Positions 25,461 to 37,358 of a stretch of DNA of 64,000 nucleotides are shown piece after piece. The notes beneath the pieces were generated by a model, which saw nothing but the letters and a program-made list of their open reading frames with translations, was not told where the DNA came from and searched no databases. Origin of the DNA: Octopus sinensis (Eukaryota); NCBI RefSeq assembly GCF_006345805.1, contig NC_043003.1, positions 9,796,001 through 9,860,000 on the forward strand. Direction: 5' to 3'. The translations under genes and the position numbers were made by a program. Numbering within the stretch: the stretch's first letter is position 1; each line of letters starts with the position of its first letter.

Positions 25461-25683
25461 ACACAAACATTACATATATATGTGTGTGTGTGTAATGTTT
25501 GTGTGTTTATATATATAGCGTAATAAGATTAAAAAAAAAGACTGTATAGATATTAGAGCATTTGTAGATAGAAGGTCTGATTCGAGTTTCTGGGTATTGA
25601 CCCGTCATCAACGTGTGACAATCAGTGGTTGTCGATGAAATAAGTAATGCACTTATCCAGCTTTACCTGACACCATTATCACT

Positions 25684-25736
<53 letters not shown>

Positions 25737-27107
25737 ATATATAATACTGTGATGTATATGGAAATACCATCGGTGGTGCTTCTTCGACGATTCGGATGTT
25801 CAATGATCAATCGCCGGCCCAGCCAAGGCCGATCAATCCCCACCTTGTGTCCAGTTATTGCTACTCCTACCAGGGCTTAGACATCCTGACCCACAGCTAA
25901 TTTAAGGCAATTCTGTTTCCGTCCGATTTGAGGGCCTTTTATCAATAGGAATCTTTAATACCCATCATGTACAAGGCTCTGCAGAAGCACAGGTTCACAA
26001 ATGCACTGCATCTCATCCCAATGGAGTACATTCATCTACCACGCATTGTTTCGGTATAATTTCACTAACTCAGCTAATTTTGAGATACAAAATGCCACTA
26101 CAAATACTCAAGAGTTGCATACCAGTTTCTCTTCAAGTATCTTTAGATGTTAAGTGCTACAACAGTCACGGAACAAATGATATTTGTTTTATAGAAAAGC
26201 TGTGTTTTTGTTTTCTGTTGTAGATCTGTGTTGTTACATCGTATCATAATATGTAATTTTAGGGATTACATGTTACATTAAAAACGAAGTTTTGAAATGA
26301 GAGGGTCCCTCTAATATTTCGTACTTTATTTTATTTTCCCCTTTAATTTATATCGGGACTGATGGTCAAAAACATCGCTAGTTACGTAATTCCGACGGAC
26401 AACTGCCATGGCTAGTTCACTATATTTCTGAATTACAAATGACTAGGAATGATCTAACGATGCATTTTGAAAACAGTGCAGTAGATCGTACACTGAAGGG
26501 AATTTACATTAGCTGTGGAATCAGTTAGCATTTCTCGGTCATATGTACAATAAACGCTTCGTTATTTCTCGGCTCCTAGTTGATCTATAGATATTCCCGA
26601 CACTTTATAGATGTTATGTGAATAACCTCTTTATATTGTGTAGCAAAAATAAAAATAAAACGTTTGTTGTTCAACAGCAGGTGATGCGTGATGAATAGAC
26701 AGAACACCAGGTGTCTTCTGATGTAACTGGTGTTCAATATTCCATCATCTTATATAGCATTATTGATATGTATATATATACACATATATGTATGTATGTA
26801 TATACATATACATATATATGTATATATATATATATATTATATATATATATATTATATATATATATATATATATTATATAATAGAAATATTAAAATAACTA
26901 AGTCTCTCTAAAAGAGAACAGCGGCAGCGTTCCCGGAAAATAATAGTTATCGCCATACTAATATGGCATTCTTATAAAAATAAGAAAAAAGCTGTCCGCT
27001 TATTAGCTCCATGAGGCCATCGCCTAAGTTAGCTATTTGATACACAAACTGTATCCATATAACCTTCGAACAAGGGAGGTCAGTCGCTCCACACTACTTG
27101 ACCGGCA

Positions 27108-27149
27108 GCTACAGACGCGTTTCGGGGTATTACCCCTTTTCAATGCAGC
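27108..27149 (-). ncRNA. Type-I hammerhead ribozyme motif, unit 1
   Basis: GCUGCA-UUGAAAA-GGGG UAAUA CCCC-GAAA CGCG UC-UGUAGC. Confidence 0.75.
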
Positions 27150-27469
27150 TTAGCCAGCCAGTAGGTGTCGCTTCCGACAATCTCTGTTCGATGGTTTTAT
27201 TTACCTAGTTTCGGTGGAATACATCCACTTGTTTTCAATAATAGAAATATTAAAATAACTAAGTCTCTCTAAAAGAGAACAGCGGCAGCGTTCCCGGAAA
27301 ATAATAGTTATCGCCATACTAATATGGCATTCTTATAAAAATAAGAAAAAAGCTGTCCGCTTATTAGCTCCATGAGGCCATCGCCTTAAGTTAGCTATTT
27401 GATACAAAAACTGTATCCATATAACCTTCGAACAAGGGAGGTCAGTCGCTCCACACTACTTGACCGGCA

Positions 27470-27511
27470 GCTACAGACGCGTTTCGGGGTATTGCCCCTT
27501 TTCAATGCAGC
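27470..27511 (-). ncRNA. Type-I hammerhead ribozyme motif, unit 2
   Basis: Same fold, loop II CAAUA. Confidence 0.75.
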
Positions 27512-27829
27512 TTAGCCAGCCAGTAGGTGTCGCTTCCGACAATCTCTGTTCGATGGTTTTATTTACCTAGTTTCGGTGGAATACATCCACTTGTTTTCAA
27601 TAATAGAAATATAAAATAACTAAGTCTCTCTAAAAGAGAACAGCGGCAGCGTCCCGGAAAATAATAGTTATCGCCATACTAATATGGCATTCTTATAAAA
27701 ATAAGAAAAAAGCTGTCCGCTTATTAGCTCCATGAGGCCATCGCCTTAAGTTAGCTATTTGATACACAAACTGTATCCATATAACCTTCGAACAAGGGAG
27801 GTCAGTCGCTCCACACTACTTGACCGGCA

Positions 27830-27871
27830 GCTACAGACGCGTTTCGGGGTATTGCCCCTTTTCAATGCAGC
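27830..27871 (-). ncRNA. Type-I hammerhead ribozyme motif, unit 3
   Basis: Same fold, loop II CAAUA. Confidence 0.75.
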
Positions 27872-28190
27872 GTAGCCAGCCAGTAGGTGTCGCTTCCGAC
27901 AATCTCTGTTCGATGGTTTTATTTACCTAGTTTCGGTGGAATACATCCACTTGTTTTCAATAATAGAAATATTAAAATAACTAAGTCTCTCTAAAAGAGA
28001 ACAGCGGCAGCGTTCCCGGAAAATAATAGTTATCGCCATACTAATATGGCATTCTATAAAAATAAGAAAAAAGCTGTCCGCTTATTAGCTCCATGAGGCC
28101 ATCGCCTTAAGTTAGCTATTTGATACACAAACTGTATCCATATAACCTTCGAACAAGGGAGGTCAGTCGCTCCACACTACTTGACCGGCA

Positions 28191-28229
28191 GCTACAGACG
28201 CGTTTCGGGGTATTGCCCCTTTTCAATGC
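28191..28229 (-). ncRNA. Hammerhead motif, unit 4, stem I truncated by the fold-back junction
   Basis: Core and stems II/III intact; the 5' stem I strand is reduced to GCA. Confidence 0.5.
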
Positions 28230-28270
28230 CTCATTGAGATTGTCGGAAGCGACACCTACTGGCTGGCTAC

Positions 28271-28312
28271 GCTGCATTGAAAAGGGGCAATACCCCGAAA
28301 CGCGTCTGTAGC
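28271..28312 (+). ncRNA. Type-I hammerhead ribozyme motif in the inverted unit
   Basis: gctgca ttgaaaa gggg caata cccc gaaa cgcg tc tgtagc read directly on +; predicted cleavage after 28306. Confidence 0.75.
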
Positions 28313-28544
28313 TGCCGGCAAGTAGTGTGGAGCGACTGACCTCCCTTGTTCGAAGGTTATATGGATACAGTTTGTGTATCAAACAGCTAACTTAAGGCGA
28401 TGGCCTCATGGAGCTAATAAGCGGACAGCTTTTTTCTTATTTTTATAAGAATGCCATATTAGTATGGCGATAACTATTATATATATACATATATATGTAT
28501 GTATGTATATATATATATACATATATATGTATGTATATATATAC

Positions 28545-28581
<37 letters not shown>

Positions 28582-28591
28582 TATATATACG

Positions 28592-28632
<41 letters not shown>

Positions 28633-28700
28633 TTATGTATGTATGTATGTATGTATGTATGTATGTATGTATGTATGTATGTATGGATACACACAGATAG

Positions 28701-29113
28701 GCAAATGTTTGGCTGCGTGGTAAGAAACTTGCTTTCCAATCACATGGTTCCGGGTTCAGTCCCACTGCATGTCACCTTGGGCTAGTGTCTTCTACTATAG
28801 CCACGGGTCGACCAAAGCCTTCTGGGTGGGTTGGTAGACGAAAACGGAAAAAAGATCATATATATATATAATATATATATATAATATATATATATATAAG
28901 TCTGTTCGTGCATGTGTGTGCGTATATGTATGTGTCTGTGATTTTCCCCCCACTGTCGCTTGATAACCGATGTTGGTCTGTTTACGTACTCGTAACTTGG
29001 CGATTCCGGGAAAATTAACCGATAGAAAAAGAACAAGTCGATTTGTCCAATTACAGGCGGTGCTCCAGCATGGGCGCAATCAAATGATTGAAACAAGTAA
29101 AAGAGTAAAAGAG
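28701..29113 (+). mobile_element. SINE-B, diverged full length
   Basis: Head, internal TA tract, tail gcggtgctccagcatgg...gaaacaagtaaaagagtaaaagag. Confidence 0.85.
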
Positions 29114-29120
29114 CATATAT

Positions 29121-29350
29121 ATTTCTTTACTACCCACAAGGGGCTAAACATAGAGGGGACAAACAAGGACAGACAAACGAATTAAGCCGATTATATCGAC
29201 CCCAGTGTGAGACTGGTACTTTATTTATCGACCTCGAAAGGATGAAAAGCAAAGTCGACGTCGGCGGAATTTGAACTCAGAACGTAACGGTAGGCGAAAT
29301 ACCGCAAAGCATTTCGCCCGGCGTGCTAACGTTTCTGCCAGCTCGCCGCC
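29121..29350 (-). mobile_element. SINE-A monomer (tail1) with 15-bp TSD, inserted at the end of SINE-B
   Basis: TSD taaaagagcatatat at 29106-29120 and 29351-29365. Confidence 0.93.
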
Positions 29351-29496
29351 TAAAAGAGCATATATGCACAGACACAAACCTATGCAACATATATATGCTT
29401 GTACACACACACACATACACACACACACAGACGCGCACGGGCATAGAAACGGGTAGGATGTTTCTCACGAGTAAATCAATATTAAAACAACACAAG

Positions 29497-29712
29497 ACGG
29501 CGAGATGGCAGAGTCGTAGAACGCCGGGCGACATGCTTCGCGTCATTTTGTCTGTCTTTACATTCTGAGTTCAAATTCCGCCGAAGTTGACTTTGCCTTT
29601 CATCATTTCGGGGTCGATAATTTAAGTACCAGCTTCGAACTGGGGCCGATCTAATCGACTGGCTCCCTCCCTCCATCAAATTTCAGGCCTTGTGCGTAGT
29701 GTAGAAGGAATA
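29497..29712 (+). mobile_element. SINE-A monomer (tail2)
   Basis: Ends gatctaatcgactggctccc...aaatttcaggccttgtgcgtagtgtagaaggaat. Confidence 0.85.
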
Positions 29713-29730
29713 TTTATTCAAGGCTCGAGT

Positions 29731-30113
29731 CGGCGAGCTGGCAGGAACGTTAGCACGCCGGGCGAAATGCTTCGCGGTATTTCGTCTGCTGTTACGTTCT
29801 GAGTTCAAATTCCGCCGAGGTCGACTTTGACTTTCATCCTTTCGGGGTCGATTAAATAAGTACCATTTACGCACTGGGGTCGATATAATCGACTTAATCC
29901 GTTTGTCTATCCTTGTATGTCCCTTCTGCATTTAGCCCCTTGTGGGTAGTAAAGAAATAGGCATTTCGTCTGTCTTTACGTTCTGAGTTCAAATTCCGCT
30001 GAGGTCGACTTTACCTCACGTCCTTTCCTTGTCGATCAATTAACTACCAGCTGCGTATTGGCTCCTCCTTCCATCAAAATTCCGGGCCTTGTGCCTAGAA
30101 TAGAAAAGAATAT
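29731..30113 (+). mobile_element. SINE-A dimer (tail1 + tail2), junction at 29961
   Basis: aaagaaatag|gcatttcgtctg. Confidence 0.88.
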
Positions 30114-30780
30114 CAAAACAAACGAAGGTTGTTTTTTTTTTAGAACTTTATGAATAAATGTAAGAAAGTATTCATAATCTTATTAAAATGTGTTACCTGT
30201 TTCAATCGCTGACAATGTACGATTATATACATTTATATACATACATACATACTTACATACATACATAGAAACACATATACATACATACAAACATAGAAAC
30301 ACATATATATACATACATACATACATACATACACACACGCATACACACACATAATAAAATCAATAGGGATTTCGAGAATGACACAGATCTCATTATTAAG
30401 CTCTGCGCCAATTGCATGGTCGCATGGCTAACAAGAATGACTACGGCGGAGGTTCACGTAAAATCCGAGAGATACAATGGCGAACAAAACGTATACCACA
30501 GATAAGAGAAGTGATGCGAGAGAGCAGATGTTTTTTTTTTCATTTGTTTATAGTCTGTTTCAAAGTGTGTTGCTTATATAACAGATGTTATAGCGATGAC
30601 AACACACATAAAAGACGACCGTCTGCGAATGGAATAAACATTTACACTCTCACCTCACTTCTCATACACGCGCACGCACACAAACTTACTCACACATAAG
30701 CACACACATGTGTGTGCGTGTGTGTTTACGTAAGCATGTGCGTATGTATGTATGTATGTATGTATGTATGTTTATGATTG

Positions 30781-31056
30781 CTCTTTCGCGAGTTGCTAAA
30801 GGGAAAGCGCTCACAAGGCGGCCATAAGCAGCACTTTAAGGACACCCTGAAAGCCTCACCTAAAGCCTTCAACATCGACCATGACACTTGGGAGCAGTCT
30901 GCTCTAGACAGAGAAGGGTGGTGATCAGCTGTCCACAGGGGTGCCAACACATGCGAGACCAATAGGATCTCTGCTGCAGAAGACCGCAGACAAGCCAGGA
31001 AGAACAGAGCTAACAACCTCGTAGTAGGCGTTACCATTCCCTGTCCACACTGTCAA
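30781..31056 (+). mobile_element. RTE-clade LINE ORF C-terminal fragment
   Basis: Frame from 30781 reads LFRELLKGKRSQGGHKQHFKDTLKASPKAFNIDHDTWEQSALDREGW*SAVHRG...TIPCPHC. Confidence 0.85.
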
Positions 31057-32552
31057 TTAATTGGACAGGAGCAATGTGGACTTTTGTCTTTTGGTCAAGA
31101 ACACAATGCATCACTTGGTCGAGGAATCGAAACCACAATCCGATGATCTCAAGTGCAACACCCTAGCCGCTAAGTAACGTACCCTCAGAGATTTATATAT
31201 GCTGTACATATATTTATTTAAAGCAGTGCTATGTCAATGCTTTTATTTTGCCGCTTGTATTGTTTTTTACTTTTTCTCGTGTTTTTTAATATTTTAGTCA
31301 ACTGAAAATGTAGTGGCTATATGACTCTTTACAAAGTAGCTTGCTGGAGGCGGTATTCACTCGGGATGGGTTGAGCCGGCTCCGACCACTGAATCACGTT
31401 TCAGCCGTAATACAACTTCACGTGTAGTCCCTGATCACATGCATACGCGCTTTGTGAAAGTGCGAGCCGTAGCAGCTTATCTTACCGTCGCTTGTTGACC
31501 GTCGCCGACCACTTTACTGCCAATTATCGAAAGAGACTAAGCCTGGGTTCGGAGTAGGTTTTAGAGACATGCTTTAACAAAAGCTAAGGGATGCCTCACT
31601 CCCAGTAGTCTTACAGTATGCCGGACACCAAACGGGAATTTCTGACGGCCCGTACCATTGCTAGCTCCATCCTTTTGTCTTGTCTATAGTATTGTCTATA
31701 CTCCTACTGGGTTCCTAGTAACCCTCCTCCTCATCAGACAAGCCTGGTGGGGAAGACAATTTAATCGACGACGACGCGATAATGCACTAGGTTCTACTTG
31801 ATTCCATGTTAGAAGTAGCACTCACGAGAGACTTCACAAAACTGGTGTGAAGGATAGTTGAAGATATCCTCTAACCCAAAAACTGCATTAATGCTTGTAA
31901 AAGAGTACTCTGTAAAAAAAAAAAAATCCGAGATTCCAGACGGTATTGTGAAACCAGGTGACGGATTAGTTAATTGCTTAAGAAGCCCTTGTTGCGACAT
32001 TAAATCAGAATGCAAAGGACCTGGAACAGACAGCTTAATGCTTCAACGTGCTTACACTTTTGTTAATACATCACCTTGGATCCTGGACTAGAATTTTTCT
32101 TTGAGTTCGAAAGAATGAGAGCAAAACGAAAGAAAAGGCAAAGTTGTAGACGGTGGGATTTGAAATCGGAACGGAAAGAGTCTCAGATAAATACGTTCAG
32201 CTATAAAGTCTAACACAAATTGATTCAAGCGAAACGTTGAACTCATGAATAATTCAAGTGTTTTGTAAAGAAAGACGAGATGAGAGCACAGAAGGAAATA
32301 AAAGAAACGGTGTTGCTTGACTTGTGGTAGATTGTGAAAACCTAAAAAGGTCGTAAAATTCAGTTTTATTGAATGAATCGCGTTTTTCCAGTGTGTTGAT
32401 GCGTTGTTTTTATCAGACAGACATCTAAACACGTCTCTTAACTTTCACACATATGAACCCAATCGTATAGGTGTATGTATGTATGTGAGATTTCCTGACA
32501 GCATATATGTACGTAGTGTGTGTGTGTGTGTGTGTATGTGTGTGCGTTCTGT

Positions 32553-32590
<38 letters not shown>

Positions 32591-32936
32591 ATGTATACTT
32601 CCTATGCATAGGCATAGATACGGTTGCAATACTTTAGTTAATGAATGCGTATCGACAACGAGACGAGGCCATATATCGAAACAAAATATTATTTGGATGT
32701 TGCATGGTCGGCAGGAGACATTGATAAAACTCAGCTGAGGTGATAAAATGTACTTTTAGTGAATAAAGCTGGTTTCGTTTTTGTTTTTAATATACATGCA
32801 TATGTACACATACACACACACATAGGCACACACACACACACACACACACACCACACACACACACACACGTGTGTGCTTTGAATTGCTTCTTTGATTCAGT
32901 TAGAATACGTTTAATCAATTAATATATAGATAACAA

Positions 32937-33335
32937 AGGTGGCGAGCTGGCAGAACCGTTAGCACGCTGGGCGAAATGCGTGGTCGTGTTTCGTCTGCGA
33001 TACGTTCTGAGTTCAAATTCCCCCGAGGTCGACTTTGCCTTTCATTCTTTCGGGGTCGATGAAACAAGTACCTGTTAAGCACTGGGGTCGATATAATCGA
33101 CTTAATCCATTGGTCTGTCCTTGTTTGTCCCCTTTGTGTGTAGCCCCTTGTGGGCAGTAAAGAAATAGGTATTTCGTCTGCCGTTATGTTCTGAGTTCAA
33201 ATTCTGCCGAGGTCGACTTTACCTTTTATCCTTTCGGGGTCGATAAATTAAGTACCAGTTGCAAAACTGGGGTGGATCTAATCGAATGCCCCACTCCCCC
33301 AAATTTTCGGGTTTTGCACCTAGAGGAGAAAAGAA
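32937..33335 (+). mobile_element. SINE-A dimer (tail1 + tail2), junction at 33169
   Basis: agaaatag|gtatttcgtctg. Confidence 0.88.
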
Positions 33336-33342
33336 CACACAC

Positions 33343-33402
<60 letters not shown>

Positions 33403-33993
33403 ATATACGTATGGGGAAGTATTAGTATATTTGCGTGTCTGAGTGTGTGCGCGTGCGCGGCATGTGTTTATATATGTAAGTTACTTAATGCCTCTGTTTG
33501 CAAGTGCTTGTTATATACGTGCAAATAGAATGTGTTCGTTCTTTAGTTAATGAATGCGCATCACCAATATGATGGAAATACAGATCGAGCGAAAGAGCTG
33601 CATTATTGGCGGGACATATTGATGAAATTCTGACCGTATCAGCAAATGTACTTTTAGAAATCAATCTGATGTTTTTTCGATTGTTTTTTTTTTTAATCGT
33701 AGACTCTTCATTTACAGTAATATAGCTTGTTACTTTTGCTAAAATCTCATAGCATTGTCGGTTGGAAATTTAATTAAACTTTAGCAATCTTAATATCAAA
33801 TATTCAAAGGCTATAATATTCATTACTTACGGATATTTCTGTTACTTCCTCTGTGCAAATTAATTTACTCTCGTAATAAGAAAAATAAGTATTAATAAAT
33901 ATAGTAAATATAAATATGAATAAATATGATAAATATGATATGATAAATATGAATATAAAATTTGAAGCAAGCTAAAAGACAAACATCTCATAG

Positions 33994-34575
33994 TATTATG
34001 TTGAGTAAAAGGTTTTGCAGTATTTTGGTAACTTATTTGTTATATTCTCTAAGTCACAACAACAGCAGCGAAGCATGAATGTAGAGGCCGCAATGTTGCA
34101 CCATCTGAAGCTGTCTTTCTGTAAGTTCTTTGATTTCTCGCTGATACCGGTCTTTGTCTTTCGAGGTAAAGAATTCCTTCACTGAATTTTCTACCTTCCT
34201 TTTGGCTGATAAAACATCGCGAGATAAGGAATTAACCTGTGGATTGGGACAGGTAATAATCCAAGGGAGTTAGATATGGGCAATATGCTGTGTGTGGAAT
34301 CAGTTCGATTTCCTTTAGTTCCTGGAGTTTAATCCGGATCATTCAAGCGGTCTTGATTTTCTTGCTGTCGAGAAAATTACTTTTTTGTTAACCCATGCCT
34401 GGTATTTTTGTTGCAAATTGGCATACACCCATTCCAGCTGCTTGGAGTACGGATTGGCACCGATAGTTCGACCGTCCAGAATGAACTCGTAGTGAATTGA
34501 CTCTTCATAATTCCACCAATCGCAGACCATTGCCTTCTGTTCGAAATACCCGTCCCCTATGTTTGGTAACACGTT
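33994..34575 (-). mobile_element. Mariner remnant (3' half and one TIR)
   Basis: KAMVCDWWNYEESIHYEF...QQKYQAWVNKKV and ENSVKEFFTSKDKDRYQREIKELTER are mariner-like; TIR-like tattatgttgagtaaaaggttttgcag. Confidence 0.75.
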
Positions 34576-34789
34576 CCGGGAGGTGGTTTGTGCTTAACCA
34601 CTGCCTTATGCTCGTTAGGTATGCGGCAAAATATCTCTCTCGGTTGATTATTTGCATTCATTTTAGGAGGTTTCTTGACTATCGGAATTCGCTTCGTTGT
34701 TAATACCATTTTTACTTGGAAAAGTGTAGAGATTTAATTTTGGAGGAATCAATATTTGAAAGCGAAGGCGTTGAGTGGACAGAATCCTT

Positions 34790-35100
34790 AACACGCTTGG
34801 CAAAATGGTTTGGAGCATTTCTTTCGACAATTTACGTTCTGAGTTCAAATCCCAACAAATGCATGTATGTATTTGTGTGTGTGTGCATTTATGTCTGTCT
34901 TTGCCGCCCCCAACTACCATATGACAACCGGTGTTGGAGTGTTTACGTCCCCGTAATTCAAGGCTTCAGCAAAAGAAACCGATAGATTAAGTACCAGGCT
35001 TAAAAATAGAAACGCAAGTACTACAGTCGATTCAACCAACTCAAAATTCTTTAAAGCGGTGCCCTAGCAAATCTGCAATTTAATGGCTGAAACATATAAG
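34790..35100 (+). mobile_element. Degenerate SINE with A-like head and B-like body
   Basis: ttacgttctgagttcaaatccc followed by gtttacgtccccgtaa...ccgatagattaagtaccagg. Confidence 0.55.
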
Positions 35101-35226
35101 ATAACAGATACCATCTCTCTGACTCTCTAGTGACTTACGAAGCCAACATCTTTGTTTGGTGATGAATTTTTATAATTTCAGTTAATCCGCATTTATGTAG
35201 AATAATATTTGTGTGAGTATCTGCTG

Positions 35227-35275
<49 letters not shown>

Positions 35276-36887
35276 CATATATATAATAAATGCGTAAACT
35301 AATATCTGTGTGTCAGTGTTCACACTTCGAAGCCCTCTCTCACTATTCATTAACACTCCTACTATTGCCCATGCAGGGGTGAGAATAATACTAAGCATAG
35401 ATATTCCATTTTGTAGATTTTGAGTTCGTTTCTCCGACTACTACTGTACAAATTAACTTCTATTAACGTTTTAGTGGTCAATATCGGCCTCAGAATCCAG
35501 CGGGTATTTTTGTCCCAAATTTGTCCTGATCGAGAAAACGTCCGGGCATAAGTTTTCCATTCGAGTCCATCCCACCGTTTAATATCTATCAGTACATTTT
35601 CTACATCATTTTTAAAGAAAAAAAGTGTTAAAGTTTGGGGAGATGAAGCTTTATTTTGAAACGAATCTCTGTTCCTTAAGATCCCATCACTTTGGAGAAT
35701 TCTTGATCATTGAGATTATCGCCCTTGTCAAATGATAATACCTCTTTTTTTCTCTGTATATATAACACCGTTTACACACACATGGGCACTGAACAAGAAA
35801 TTTGAAAAGAATCTCCAAGGTATACACACGAGAATGCTTTGTGCAGTTCTCAATTTTTCTTGACTGCAACACTCTCAAAGCAGCGATTGTAGAGCACTAT
35901 TCCTATCATTACCTCAGTAATCAAAAGAAGAACATGCTATGAAACAACCAGCGATCCCCTTCTCTGGAAATACACGCATGAATATACAAGGAACATAACA
36001 CATCAGAAAGTGTATGCGTCATTAAACATTGGATATGATGCTGAGGATACGAAAATTGCAATAAAAGATGGGGAAATTGGGTGAGGAAGAGTTTCATTAA
36101 TCCGGGCAAGTCGCACAAACGGACAGGAGGGACATATGCACCAATTTATTAATTATGTGTCTTTCGACAAATTTCTATCGTCCAGTTAATTACTCTGCCT
36201 ATATCTAACTATTTAATTTGCTCTCCGTTTATTTCTTCTGTTACATTCTAATTCCTCGGTTGTTTCTGCTCGCAATGTTATTTATTTCCCACCATCTTCT
36301 CTTACTCTACACCCGCTCTCATATCCCTTAACAACAATTAAAGATTTATCTCCGTTTGAGCATTAAGTAACTGAGATTCATTCAATTAGAAAATGGAGTT
36401 GCTAAATTCGACCATTCATAGATAAACAAATACGTAATCAGCAACAGTATTCGATATCAATTAACCTGGTCACTAATTGATCTGACATGACGTTGCTTCG
36501 AAACAATAAATAACCTGTATTTCTTTGCAGCCTTACAAAGCTTTTACTTAATAACCCAACTGCGCTCAGCTGATAATAAAGTCACTTTCCAGATGTTGTT
36601 TAAATATCGCATGGCAGTTCTCTAATATGAAGCTACTAATTATAGAATCTTAATGTCAGCATCGTTTACGTGATTGAAATATAATAATAAATCATATAAA
36701 GGTGTATTTATAAGGCAATTCGCGTCTTATGAGTGATTTTCAAGATTGAAATACGTCTACCTGTTATTTATTATTCCAATAACTGTTAAAGCGAATATAT
36801 ATATAGATGTATATATATATAGATGTGTATATATATATATGTATGTATATATATATATAATATATATATATATATTATATATATATA

Positions 36888-36952
<65 letters not shown>

Positions 36953-37079
36953 GTTTATGTATGAGCATGTGCGTATAAATGCACATATATGCATCTATAT
37001 ACATATCTTTTTATGCTTATATATACGAATATTCATCGACATAAATACAGAGTATATATGTATATATATATAATATATT

Positions 37080-37125
<46 letters not shown>

Positions 37126-37186
37126 TGTGAGTGGACAAACGTTAGAAGGGCACTCAACCAGTTTATTGGAAGTTATGTGTATAGAA

Positions 37187-37341
37187 CAAAACAGTTTAAT
37201 TAAAATTGGTTGCTAAATTGAATTTCGAGAGTGATCCTATTCGTCAGCCATTTTGAATTTGAATTCAAATTCAAAATAGCTGATGACTAGCATCACGCTT
37301 GGACCTCAAGAGCACCAACGAATTTGAATCAAACTGTTTTG
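37187..37341. repeat. Fold-back element with central 28-bp perfect palindrome
   Basis: attttgaatttgaattcaaattcaaaat (37250-37277); outer arms caaaacagttt/aaactgttttg. Confidence 0.75.
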
Positions 37342-37358
37342 ATCCATATATATATATA

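Larger units (their letters stand above)
26879..28478 (-). mobile_element. Tandem array of ~361-bp hammerhead-bearing units plus an inverted partial unit (retrozyme/PLE pseudo-LTR-like)
   Basis: Unit starts at 26879, 27240, 27602 and 27962; unit 4 stops at ~28229; inverted copy at 28237-28478; TA microsatellite on both sides. Confidence 0.9.

Noticed and set aside
26879-28229. CRISPR-like or tRNA/5S/snRNA gene array interpretation of the tandem repeat
   Set aside because: Units are contiguous ~361-bp copies with no unique spacers, and I recognise no tRNA, 5S or snRNA sequence.
32630-33660. Weak old duplication (tttagttaatgaatgcg…aaatgtacttttag) at ~32630 and ~33540
   Set aside because: Similarity is low and patchy; nothing further can be inferred.
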